A stretch of 64,000 bases of DNA from a virus: the IMG/VR virus record IMGVR_UViG_3300020020_000025. One strand, written 5' to 3'. Position numbers and translations under genes: made by a program. Below, piece after piece: positions 23,979 to 31,291 of the stretch. The notes beneath the pieces were generated by a model. The model worked only from the letters and a program-made list of their open reading frames with translations, was not told the DNA's origin and did not search any database. How positions within the stretch are numbered: the stretch's first letter is position 1; every line of letters begins with the position of its first letter.

Positions 23979-24224
23979 TTAGGCGCTAATGGCCTTAACC
24001 ATATCCTCGGCCTGCGTCTCGGCGGTGTCCTCGAGGTACTCAGGGACGTACCCCTCCTCGACGGCCCACCTAGTGACAATGGTGCAGGCCTCATGCACAT
24101 CCTTGGCCAGTCCCGCGCGCCGCAGAGACTCAACGGAGTCCACAACGGCAGGGAACGAACCCTCCTCGTCCATCTCGAGGAGGAACTTGGCGCGGATGTC
24201 AAGCAGCTTGTTTTGGTTAGACAT
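23979..24224 (-). CDS. Hypothetical early protein downstream of the hammerhead
   Basis: AAGGAG RBS. Confidence 0.65.
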   Translation of the reverse strand: MSNQNKLLDIRAKFLLEMDEEGSFPAVVDSVESLRRAGLAKDVHEACTIVTRWAVEEGYVPEYLEDTAETQAEDMVKAISA

Positions 24225-24252
24225 TGTTAGTCTCCTTGTATAGATAGCTACT

Positions 24253-24305
24253 GGCCATCGTCAGTCACCGCATGACGGTGAGAGCCCCTAGCGGGGCTTT
24301 CGGCC
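24253..24305 (-). ncRNA. Hammerhead ribozyme, type II permutation
   Basis: GGCC-GAAA-GCCCC(GCUA)GGGGC-UC^UCACCG(UCAUG)CGGUGA-CUGACGA-U-GGCC; complete core, stems I/II/III of 6/4/6 bp. Confidence 0.8.
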
Positions 24306-24652
24306 TACCCTCGTAATGCCACAGCTCGGTCTACCCTCGTTACTTCAAGCGACCCATCAGGCTGCACGACAGCCAAGATCGCACGCTCGTAGAACAGAAG
24401 CTTCTCATCCCTCAGTTCCGCCTTAGCCAACGGAAACAAGGGAAAATCGCCAGGATATAGCAATACATCATCCCTTATCGTGAAGTTGCGCATGGGGAAG
24501 GATCCCCTACGATGATTATAGTTATCGTTCAGTTGCTCCTTCAGTTGCTCCTTTGCGGGACGAGGATCATCCAGATGGAAGAACCCAGGCAACAAGCCTA
24601 GATGTTCCATAGTCATACCGGGATGCAGCAGTTTCCATTGAGGGCTCATCAT
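24305..24652 (-). CDS. Conserved phage hypothetical protein
   Basis: AAGGGAG RBS before ATG 24652; WKLLHP...DDPRPAKEQ...YPGD...LRDE...QPDGS pattern familiar from alphaproteobacterial phages. Confidence 0.65.
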   Translation of the reverse strand: MMSPQWKLLHPGMTMEHLGLLPGFFHLDDPRPAKEQLKEQLNDNYNHRRGSFPMRNFTIRDDVLLYPGDFPLFPLAKAELRDEKLLFYERAILAVVQPDGSLEVTRVDRAVALRG

Positions 24653-24678
24653 TATCTCCCTTGTTTCCAAACGCAGAA

Positions 24679-24702
24679 TGGGACCGCCCGAAGACGATCC
24701 CA
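24679..24702 (-). other. 10-bp hairpin with C(UUCG)G tetraloop in intergenic spacer
   Basis: TGGGATCGTC-TTCG-GGCGGTCCCA (with G-U pairs). Confidence 0.55.
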
Positions 24703-24707
24703 CCCTG

Positions 24708-24974
24708 CTATTGCAGTCGAGCCTTCTGTGACAGACGGTAACGCTTGGATGCCGCAGCTCGACATTGACGGCACTCCAGACGCCCGTTACTGCGCCGATA
24801 GGCATTGACGCCCTCAACCCTGTGTCCACGGTGACACAGGCGGCCCCGGCGTAGAGATGCCCCGGAGCTGGCTACGAACTCCATGTCCTCCTTGGAGGCC
24901 CCGACATGGAACTCGGGATGGGGTGATGGCTCTGGGGATGGAGAGAACCATGATGTCAGTAGCATGTTAAGCAT
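24708..24974 (-). CDS. Small Zn-finger protein
   Basis: CHRGH...ECRQC; AAGGAGG RBS. Confidence 0.6.
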   Translation of the reverse strand: MLNMLLTSWFSPSPEPSPHPEFHVGASKEDMEFVASSGASLRRGRLCHRGHRVEGVNAYRRSNGRLECRQCRAAASKRYRLSQKARLQ

Positions 24975-25179
24975 GTTCGCCGCCCTCCTTTATGCGGCCT
25001 TCCGAAGGCATCAAAGAGGGCCAACAAGTCGCTGCAAACTTCATGAACTCAGTAAGCACCTTGGGCTCCAGACCAACCCAGTGGTCGCCTTCCATTCGTG
25101 GAGCTCTAAGCCTAATCATATAGCCATCGAAGCTGGCATATAGGCCATCGCCTAGATATGTCTCGTCTGTTCTCATCAT
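24967..25179 (-). CDS. Conserved small phage protein
   Basis: TYLGDGLYASFDG...LRAPR...DHWV.LEP pattern; GGAG RBS. Confidence 0.65.
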   Translation of the reverse strand: MMRTDETYLGDGLYASFDGYMIRLRAPRMEGDHWVGLEPKVLTEFMKFAATCWPSLMPSEGRIKEGGEHA

Positions 25180-25181
25180 TC

Positions 25182-25415
25182 CTACTCCGTCAGAGGTGGG
25201 CTATGATAGAAACCCCCTCGTTCGAGCATCAACTGAAAGGATACTCGCTCTTCCCGTCTCACAACGAGGTCTCCACACTTAGCACCGTTGAACCAGACGC
25301 CATAAGTCACGTGACCAGGCGTCGCATGTAAGATGCGAAATGAGGCAGTACGAACATCGATCTGCTTTTCCATAGCGTCCTCCAACATGTGATAGTGGCC
25401 CCTGAGGCGCCTCAA
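25182..25415 (-). CDS. Hypothetical early protein
   Basis: In series with neighbours; alternative start 25373 with GGAGG RBS. Confidence 0.55.
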   Translation of the reverse strand: MRRLRGHYHMLEDAMEKQIDVRTASFRILHATPGHVTYGVWFNGAKCGDLVVRREERVSFQLMLERGGFYHSPPLTE

Positions 25416-25657
25416 TCGACACTACGAAGCCGAGGCGGCATCGCCATGAGCGCCTTGGTCAGCAACGCATGTGTCTCTCGGCTGGCGTCGCGATGCACGG
25501 CTTGGATGACCATCACAAGGTCGGCGTGGAACTCCGCCGCCTCCCGCTTGTCAACTGGCGCGTAGCGTTTGAAGAACCACTCCATGCGCCGATGGAGAGC
25601 GCGCTCATCCATATCGCGCTCGCGTTCCTTGGATGCCTCTGTGGCGGTCATGCTCAT
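25412..25657 (-). CDS. Hypothetical early protein
   Basis: GGAG RBS before ATG 25657. Confidence 0.55.
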   Translation of the reverse strand: MSMTATEASKERERDMDERALHRRMEWFFKRYAPVDKREAAEFHADLVMVIQAVHRDASRETHALLTKALMAMPPRLRSVD

Positions 25658-25716
25658 ATCCGCTCCATTGTTAGTGGCCCCTGGCTCTCTGGGGGAGTGA
25701 AGCCAGGGGCCGGCCA

Positions 25717-25968
25717 CTAATCCGTCGAGGGAAGAGACGGATCAGCAGCCTTGACCTCCTCAGCAACAAGGGGAGCGGGAGGCCATTCCTTAAGCAACTT
25801 GACGATCGCTGCTAGTTTCTGATGGGCGATCTCATCGTGGTCAGACGGGACATACAAGCAGATATCCACAGTGGTCTCCATATGTATGGATATCTCTGCA
25901 AAACTCGCATGTCCTATTCCAGCGGCTGCCTTCACAGATAAGTCTCTGATGTTGTGAAACGAGATCAT
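25717..25968 (-). CDS. Hypothetical early protein
   Basis: ATGA-coupled to 25965-26159. Confidence 0.55.
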   Translation of the reverse strand: MISFHNIRDLSVKAAAGIGHASFAEISIHMETTVDICLYVPSDHDEIAHQKLAAIVKLLKEWPPAPLVAEEVKAADPSLPSTD

Positions 25969-26159
25969 GACTTGTTGCTCCTTATGATCCTGAAGGTTGT
26001 TTCAGCAGGGAAGTATCCCGAGTTTATCCAGTGATCTCTCTGCTGCAACAGTTCAGCCCTTGCTACAATCTCGCTTAGTTCACCGAGTGCGAGTTGGTCC
26101 TTTGATCCGACAGTGTTCCAGGCGTCATACCGATCTTTAACCTGAAGGAGAAGTTTCAT
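25965..26159 (-). CDS. First gene of the early operon, hypothetical
   Basis: AAGGGA RBS downstream of a consensus promoter. Confidence 0.6.
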   Translation of the reverse strand: MKLLLQVKDRYDAWNTVGSKDQLALGELSEIVARAELLQQRDHWINSGYFPAETTFRIIRSNKS

Positions 26160-26185
26160 GTCCCTTGTTTCCCCTTGTTAGAGCT

Positions 26186-26219
26186 CCATTTCAGTGGACG
26201 ATCTCATCCCCTGAAATGG
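26186..26219 (-). other. 5'-terminal hairpin of the early transcript
   Basis: CCATTTCAG-G-GGAT-GAGATC-GTCC-A-CTGAAATGG beginning about 6 nt after the -10. Confidence 0.5.
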
Positions 26220-26224
26220 TCCCC

Positions 26225-26253
26225 ATTATAACACGGGGTGATGGTAGATACAA
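26225..26253 (-). promoter_or_regulatory. Strong sigma70-type early promoter
   Basis: TTGTAT-17-TATAAT with extended TGn. Confidence 0.8.
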
Positions 26254-26291
26254 GCGAAAAATCCCACCTGCGATACGCCGCCCAAAAAGAG

Positions 26292-27806
26292 TCATGAAGT
26301 TCCCTCACTCTTACTGACCAACGCTATCCCAGCGAATCCCGGCCCTTTGGCTTTGCGCTTACGAATTAGTTTGTAGCGCTCAGTTCGACTCTCAAGGTAC
26401 TCTGAGAAGGCTCCTTTGGTTCCTGGGATTATGTCATTAGCTGCTGCCCACCGCCTCCAATCGTGATATAGTTCGCCCACTTGAGCCCATCCAATAGGCG
26501 AGAGAATGCAGCGATCCTCTACCCACTGCGATATAGAGTCCTCCTCATATAGATAGCGCTCCGTGTATTCTTCGACGATGGGAGGACGTTGAAGGCCGAT
26601 TTCCTGCCACTGAAGACAACCTTTAAGCATCCAGGCCATGATACCAGAGGCCTCTTGCTCAAGTTCCCATCCCAGTTGTTTGTTGATGTGCTTAGGTTGA
26701 GTACGTAGGGGGATGATATTGAAGCGGCGTTTGACAGCATCATCCATCGAGGATAACTGAGGTTTATGATTGCCCACTATGAATATCTTCATCTGTGGAG
26801 TATACTCGAAGTCGTTCTGACGCATGAGACGTGCAGTAATCTTATCCTGACCTGTAAGACGCTTGATTCGGGCTTCATTCCATTTGCTATTAGCCTCTGT
26901 CTCCTGAGCCGTAACGAAGCGCGCATTGACAAGTCTAGCAATGTCTTGTGTGTGCCTATCCATGGACTTCTCACTAAAAGTTCCTTCTGATGTGTCATAG
27001 CGATAATCTCCGAGCACATAAGAGATTGCGTTTGTGAGGACGGATTTGCCAGTTCCCGTGGGGCCATGACAAAAGAACAAGGTCTGCTCACTGGTGTCTC
27101 CTGTCATGCAATAGCCGAATACGCGTTGGAGATATGATATCATGGCTAGATTGCCATCGGTGGCCTCAAGGAGAAAGCGATCCCATGTAGGTGTAGGCAT
27201 GTTGCCGGGACCAACACGAGCTAGCTTGGTAATACGGTCGCCCTGCCGGGCGGGCCTTAGAGTACCCGTTTTTAGCTCGAGTGTGCCAAGCGGGGTGTTG
27301 AGGAGATACTTACTTTCCTCACCATCCCACTTATCGGGCGCAGTGGTTATACGTGGATCAGTGCATGACATCTGAAGAACGGCATCCATAGTTCGTTTGG
27401 ACTTGAGGGGCTTGACCTGCTTAAAGGCGGCGGCCTTCACTGCATCACGGCGTCGAGCGCGGGCACGCCCAGTCTCATCAGGAACCTCCATATCTATGTA
27501 TCCTTTCTTGTAGGCGGCTTTGAAGCATCGAGTGGCGATCGCTCGAAGCATTCGTCGACAGTGATCGTGGGCAGCATTGGTCTCATCACGCTTCCATCGT
27601 GTAGAGTCCCATACATACCAAGTTCGTGATGTAGGTGTGTATTGTGCGTTGGAATGGAACTCAGCCGCGAATTGCAGAGCCAGAGTGTCATCAGAGAGAT
27701 CTCTGGGCGATTCATCCGGCTGTTGTAAAGATGCAACATTAGAGAGATCGTCTTTTGAGCCATTTTCGGTCGTTTCCCTATCATTCTGCCCCGTCATCTG
27801 CCCCAT
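26292..27806 (-). CDS. P4-family/D5-like SF3 helicase (D5_N, ATPase, winged helix); no primase domain
   Basis: WYVWDSTRW, LLNTPLGTLEL, Walker A GPTGTGKS, IKRLTGQD, GNHKP, RRFNIIP. Confidence 0.88.
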   Translation of the reverse strand: MGQMTGQNDRETTENGSKDDLSNVASLQQPDESPRDLSDDTLALQFAAEFHSNAQYTPTSRTWYVWDSTRWKRDETNAAHDHCRRMLRAIATRCFKAAYKKGYIDMEVPDETGRARARRRDAVKAAAFKQVKPLKSKRTMDAVLQMSCTDPRITTAPDKWDGEESKYLLNTPLGTLELKTGTLRPARQGDRITKLARVGPGNMPTPTWDRFLLEATDGNLAMISYLQRVFGYCMTGDTSEQTLFFCHGPTGTGKSVLTNAISYVLGDYRYDTSEGTFSEKSMDRHTQDIARLVNARFVTAQETEANSKWNEARIKRLTGQDKITARLMRQNDFEYTPQMKIFIVGNHKPQLSSMDDAVKRRFNIIPLRTQPKHINKQLGWELEQEASGIMAWMLKGCLQWQEIGLQRPPIVEEYTERYLYEEDSISQWVEDRCILSPIGWAQVGELYHDWRRWAAANDIIPGTKGAFSEYLESRTERYKLIRKRKAKGPGFAGIALVSKSEGTS

Positions 27807-27862
27807 TTTCCCTTCGATTGAGCCAATAACTGGCCTGTTTTAGGATGAAAATGATGTAGAAC

Positions 27863-27998
27863 TGTGCTGTTTATGAGAGTGATGCTGTTTTGTGTGTGCT
27901 GTGCTGATTATTTCGTATGACGGTCCGAAGCGCAATGGCCAAAAAATTTATGAAAAGGGTTACCCGAAAAATTCAGCACAGCACAGGGGAACAGCACA
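27863..27998. repeat. Convergent TGTGCTG repeats around an A/T-rich core (candidate replication origin)
   Basis: TGTGCTG at 27863, 27895, 27900; inverse octamers ending CAGCACA at 27973, 27978, 27991; core AAAAAATTTATGAAAA. Confidence 0.5.
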
Positions 27999-28063
27999 AA
28001 AGGCCATTCTGCAACACCCCATGTAGCCCAAAGGCTACACATATAGAGGATCTTATTGGAGCT

Positions 28064-28102
28064 ATTAAGATGTTGCGTGTAAATTACACGCAATATCTTG
28101 TT
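28064..28102. promoter_or_regulatory. Second copy of the palindromic element
   Basis: ATTAAGATGTTGCGTGTAAATTACACG matches the reverse complement of 17890-17916 at 25/27. Confidence 0.6.
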
Positions 28103-28129
28103 GACACCAAAACGCGTCTGTGGCATATC
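28101..28129 (+). promoter_or_regulatory. Rightward sigma70-like promoter
   Basis: TTGACA-17-CATATC with TGn. Confidence 0.5.
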
Positions 28130-28135
28130 GCAGGC

Positions 28136-28330
28136 ATGGACACTCATCCTCGCCTAGTATACATTAGAGCCAATCTTAGTCCCGAAGTTCTGCGGGTATG
28201 GAGGGCTCTGACTGAGGCGATAGCAGCGAGCGTAACGAGCAATGCCCAAGAGCAGTACACCGGAACGGTGGGCCGAGATAAGACGGATGCTGGGAACGGA
28301 CCAGTTCAGACTGTTGTGGATAAAACCTGA
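28136..28330 (+). CDS. Possible leaderless small protein
   Basis: ATG at the expected TSS of the 28101 promoter; in frame with track ORF 27917-28330. Confidence 0.35.
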   Translation: MDTHPRLVYIRANLSPEVLRVWRALTEAIAASVTSNAQEQYTGTVGRDKTDAGNGPVQTVVDKT

Positions 28331-28337
28331 AGAGAAT

Positions 28338-28715
28338 GTGCTGAATGGATGGTGGCAGATATGCCAATATCTGGGTATTAAAGACCGAAAAACTATGATT
28401 GTGTGGATCGATGAGTGGGCCCTACCAGCCATTAAGAGGCCTGATGGTATTTGGATGAGTACCATGACAGCGATTGATCAGTGGGTGATGTTAGCAGCAC
28501 AGGTGACACATGCCAACAAATCTAAAGGACGGGGACAAAGTGCCCAACGCAATAGCAGTGAAGAGCATCAGGCACAATCCAGATCGAAAGCCGAAATGGT
28601 CGGGCGACGAGCTGAGATCACAGCTAGCGTTGTACGACAGACGACCCTTCTTGGATCTGTTGGCGGAATGGCTGGAGTGCAGCCCGGACCCGGAGGCGAT
28701 CAAGAAGTTCGCTGA
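28338..28715 (+). CDS. HTH DNA-binding protein (excisionase/MerR-like)
   Basis: GTG start; LNGWWQICQYLG...TMIVW...P; tail overlaps next gene by 206 nt. Confidence 0.5.
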   Translation: MLNGWWQICQYLGIKDRKTMIVWIDEWALPAIKRPDGIWMSTMTAIDQWVMLAAQVTHANKSKGRGQSAQRNSSEEHQAQSRSKAEMVGRRAEITASVVRQTTLLGSVGGMAGVQPGPGGDQEVR

Positions 28716-28923
28716 GAAATATCCTGATAGATATGCAGGAGCTATCAGGCAGTTAGCGCAGATTGGAGGATTCACTGAGAAGAGGGAGGTGAGTGTGGAT
28801 GTACATATGAATATTAGACATATGAGTGATAGTCAGATTGAGGATAGGCTTCAAGACCTAAATAAAGCGCTTGGTTTGTCTATGCCCATGATTGAGGGCC
28901 AAAAGGTAGTTGATGAATCTTGA
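28510..28923 (+). CDS. Terminase small subunit-like protein
   Basis: Helical core then VSVDVHMNIRHMSDSQIEDRL, resembling TerS oligomerisation ends; not adjacent to TerL. Confidence 0.45.
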   Translation: MPTNLKDGDKVPNAIAVKSIRHNPDRKPKWSGDELRSQLALYDRRPFLDLLAEWLECSPDPEAIKKFAEKYPDRYAGAIRQLAQIGGFTEKREVSVDVHMNIRHMSDSQIEDRLQDLNKALGLSMPMIEGQKVVDES

Positions 28924-28934
28924 AATCTGAAAGA

Positions 28935-28962
28935 TTTACACGAAACGCCTATATTATATAAC
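28935..28962 (+). promoter_or_regulatory. sigma70-like promoter for 29134-29622
   Basis: TTTACA-16-TATAAC; the -35 lies in a TTACACG half-site of the palindrome. Confidence 0.45.
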
Positions 28963-29133
28963 TTTCGAGATAGATGCGCGGAGCGCACTAAATGAGCGGT
29001 GATTAATTAGATCACGATTTGTTGATCTAAGCTGCCATAATTCCGCCACATTGTTGTGTTACGTTGGATAATCAGACGGGCATGGTGCTCGCCTGGTTAA
29101 CAAGGGACATCACAGAAATGTGATGACTAAACA

Positions 29134-29622
29134 ATGTCTACAATCGATCAAACTGCTGTTGTTGCCGAGATGCCGCTTGTAGCCGATGAGACACAGGTTG
29201 TGAGCACTTCACAACTTCGTGAACTTAAGGCGGGCGAGAACTTCTCCGCGAGGACAACCTACGAGGGTAACGGAATTGTGAGCACCGTCTTCTCATTCCG
29301 CCCCTACGAGAACGGACCTCGCTATGAGAAGTGTTGCATCTTCGATTACAACAGTGTGACCGAAGAGCAACTGTATCTGCTCGCCACTAGTTCGGTCCGG
29401 ATCAGGGTGCAACATCTGCTTCGGCAACTTCCGCGGGAGGAGATGTTGAATTCCGAGACGTTGTCCAAAGTGGACGTCTTGAAAGACGTTGTGGCTACCG
29501 GGCCACGTGGCCAACCTGACACAGTCGAGTCGCTCACGCGTAGACTGGCACGAAAGTTGGGCATTTCCGAGGACTTGGTTAAGGAGGCCGTGGCCCATAG
29601 TGTGGCGACAGAACAACAGTAG
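29134..29622 (+). CDS. Monocistronic hypothetical protein
   Basis: Own promoter candidate and terminator; 162 aa. Confidence 0.7.
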   Translation: MSTIDQTAVVAEMPLVADETQVVSTSQLRELKAGENFSARTTYEGNGIVSTVFSFRPYENGPRYEKCCIFDYNSVTEEQLYLLATSSVRIRVQHLLRQLPREEMLNSETLSKVDVLKDVVATGPRGQPDTVESLTRRLARKLGISEDLVKEAVAHSVATEQQ

Positions 29623-29635
29623 CAGATAAGTCACT

Positions 29636-29661
29636 GAACCCCCGCAAGGGGGTTCTTTTTT
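29636..29661 (+). terminator. Rho-independent terminator
   Basis: GAACCCCC-GCAA-GGGGGTTC-TTTTTT. Confidence 0.9.
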
Positions 29662-30002
29662 GTCACACTATGAACATGGTTCAATGACGCTCTATCACGT
29701 TAGTTCACGATTGCGAGGTTGCATATATGTTCCAGTGAGTCCTGCCTACCACAGATGTGAACGGCGTCTACGTAGCTGATGAGGCACATTGAGCCCTGTT
29801 CACAAGCGAACAAAGCACTAACCTAGGCCATTTGTGTAGTAAAAAGGCAACTAGTAGGGGTGCCGTAGGGTGGGATGTTGTTAGACGAAAAGTCTAGCTC
29901 ATAGGGTGTGTCGCGCGTGCTTAAATCCTGGAACGCTCATAGTAAATCAACCTAACATCTCTCGTGCATCCATAATCCCGTAGATCATGATTCTCACAGA
30001 CC

Positions 30003-30031
30003 TTGACACCATTCCCTCCCTATGATCTAAT
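30003..30031 (+). promoter_or_regulatory. sigma70 promoter
   Basis: TTGACA-17-TCTAAT with TGn; ATG at 30039 falls at the expected TSS. Confidence 0.65.
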
Positions 30032-30038
30032 CCTCCGC

Positions 30039-30386
30039 ATGCTATGGTTTTGCTCATCGGGCGGCCGAACCTCGACTCAGCTTCATCACCAGCTCGATCG
30101 TATTGAGCGAAAGCTCGACCTGCTGCTAAGAATGGAGAGATCCTTGGGACAAGAATTGGAAGATCTTAAGGCTGCAGTCGCCGCCGAGACCACTGTGGGC
30201 GAAAGTGTCGTTGCCCTTCTGAATGACATCAGCGTTCGCCTAACCAACGCCCTGAAATCAGGAGACACTGCTGCAATAACCGCTCTTACCAATGAACTCA
30301 AAGCCAATCAGGTCAAGTTGGCCACCGCGGTCCTAGCTAACACTCCCGCTTCGACGACCGAGCCACCTCCCACTCCCAATCCCTAA
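30039..30386 (+). CDS. Coiled-coil A/L/T-rich protein
   Basis: ELEDLKAAVAAETTV...LATAVLANTP pattern; start 30039 (leaderless) or TTG 30143 (GGAGA RBS). Confidence 0.6.
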   Translation: MLWFCSSGGRTSTQLHHQLDRIERKLDLLLRMERSLGQELEDLKAAVAAETTVGESVVALLNDISVRLTNALKSGDTAAITALTNELKANQVKLATAVLANTPASTTEPPPTPNP

Positions 30387-30405
30387 CGATTGCCGCGATT
30401 ACCAG

Positions 30406-30678
30406 TCACTGGGGGCCATATGGCCCCCGCTTGCCTCCTAGTCCTGGCTTTCGTCGGTAAAAGACCTGCAATAGCCTGAGCTGGATCCGCCCAAGGACCA
30501 TCCCTAGGCGGCGTAGCGCCAATCCCAGCCACTGCATAGTTGCGACGCTTATTGCCACTGGCCCCAGGACTGCTATGGCGAGCCACAACCTCCCACGGGT
30601 TGGCCCCTGCCGCGCCGATCTCCTCCAGGGGCTTTGGCCTAGCGATTCCCTCATGGCTTTTGTCCCTCGTTGGTCCAA
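30406..30678 (-). CDS. Possible small membrane protein
   Basis: Hydrophobic segment LWLAIAVLGPVAISVATM; start uncertain. Confidence 0.35.
   Translation of the reverse strand: MDQRGTKAMRESLGQSPWRRSARQGPTRGRLWLAIAVLGPVAISVATMQWLGLALRRLGMVLGRIQLRLLQVFYRRKPGLGGKRGPYGPQ
30411..30428. terminator. Perfect GC-rich palindrome at a convergent junction
   Basis: GGGGGCCATATGGCCCCC; no U-tract. Confidence 0.4.
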
Positions 30679-30790
30679 ACCTCATGGCCTATTCTCCCAC
30701 CGATCTACTATCCAGACGATCAGCAGCCCTATGCCCCCTATAAAGGCAAGGGCCACTAGGACCTCCAGCGTTTCCATGGATATACCCAGC

Positions 30791-31045
30791 TTAGGATAGC
30801 CCGTGCAGTGCCGCCTGCGTATAGCCCTTCTTTACATAGGGCCCGCTAACCACGAAGGTATGCACCAACAGATGGTCCAGCTCTTTCCTAACCTGGTCCC
30901 ACGTATGAGCTGCCACCGTCGCATTAGCGAGCATCATAGCCCCTATAATGGCATCCTGGGGACAGGGACTAGGGATGAGGGCCGCCGTCTGTAGAGTGTT
31001 GATGCTCGTCAGCATCGCTGCATTCAGTGCTGGGATGATAGCCAT
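30791..31045 (-). CDS. Hypothetical protein
   Basis: GGAGG RBS. Confidence 0.6.
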   Translation of the reverse strand: MAIIPALNAAMLTSINTLQTAALIPSPCPQDAIIGAMMLANATVAAHTWDQVRKELDHLLVHTFVVSGPYVKKGYTQAALHGLS

Positions 31046-31291
31046 CTGGACCCTCCAGGTCTATGTTGCTTGACTTTTATACCACAGGGCGCGACGAAAG
31101 TCGCGCAGGGTGCCCTCGCCATGCGTCGCGGATCACCACGGAGCCTCAGGTTGATAACCTAGGGGACATCTACAAGGATGTTGGGCCAAGCTGCCGAAGA
31201 AGGTGAAAACTGAGAAACACCAAAATCACCAACAACGATAGTCGGGGCACTGCTTCAGCAACAAAGCTGGCCAAAGCAGTGCCCCACCTAT

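Noticed and set aside
23840-23980. Known riboswitch (fluoride, SAM-II, c-di-GMP, cobalamin)
   Set aside because: The conserved sequence blocks of these classes were not found by eye.
27917-28135. N-terminal part of the 137-aa track ORF
   Set aside because: Runs through iterons, palindromes and a promoter; an ATG at the predicted TSS (28136) fits better.
29765-29815. Second hammerhead (CTGATGA followed by a GGC/GCC hairpin)
   Set aside because: No GAAA after stem II, no stem III, and the would-be stem I (CTACGTAG) has no loop.
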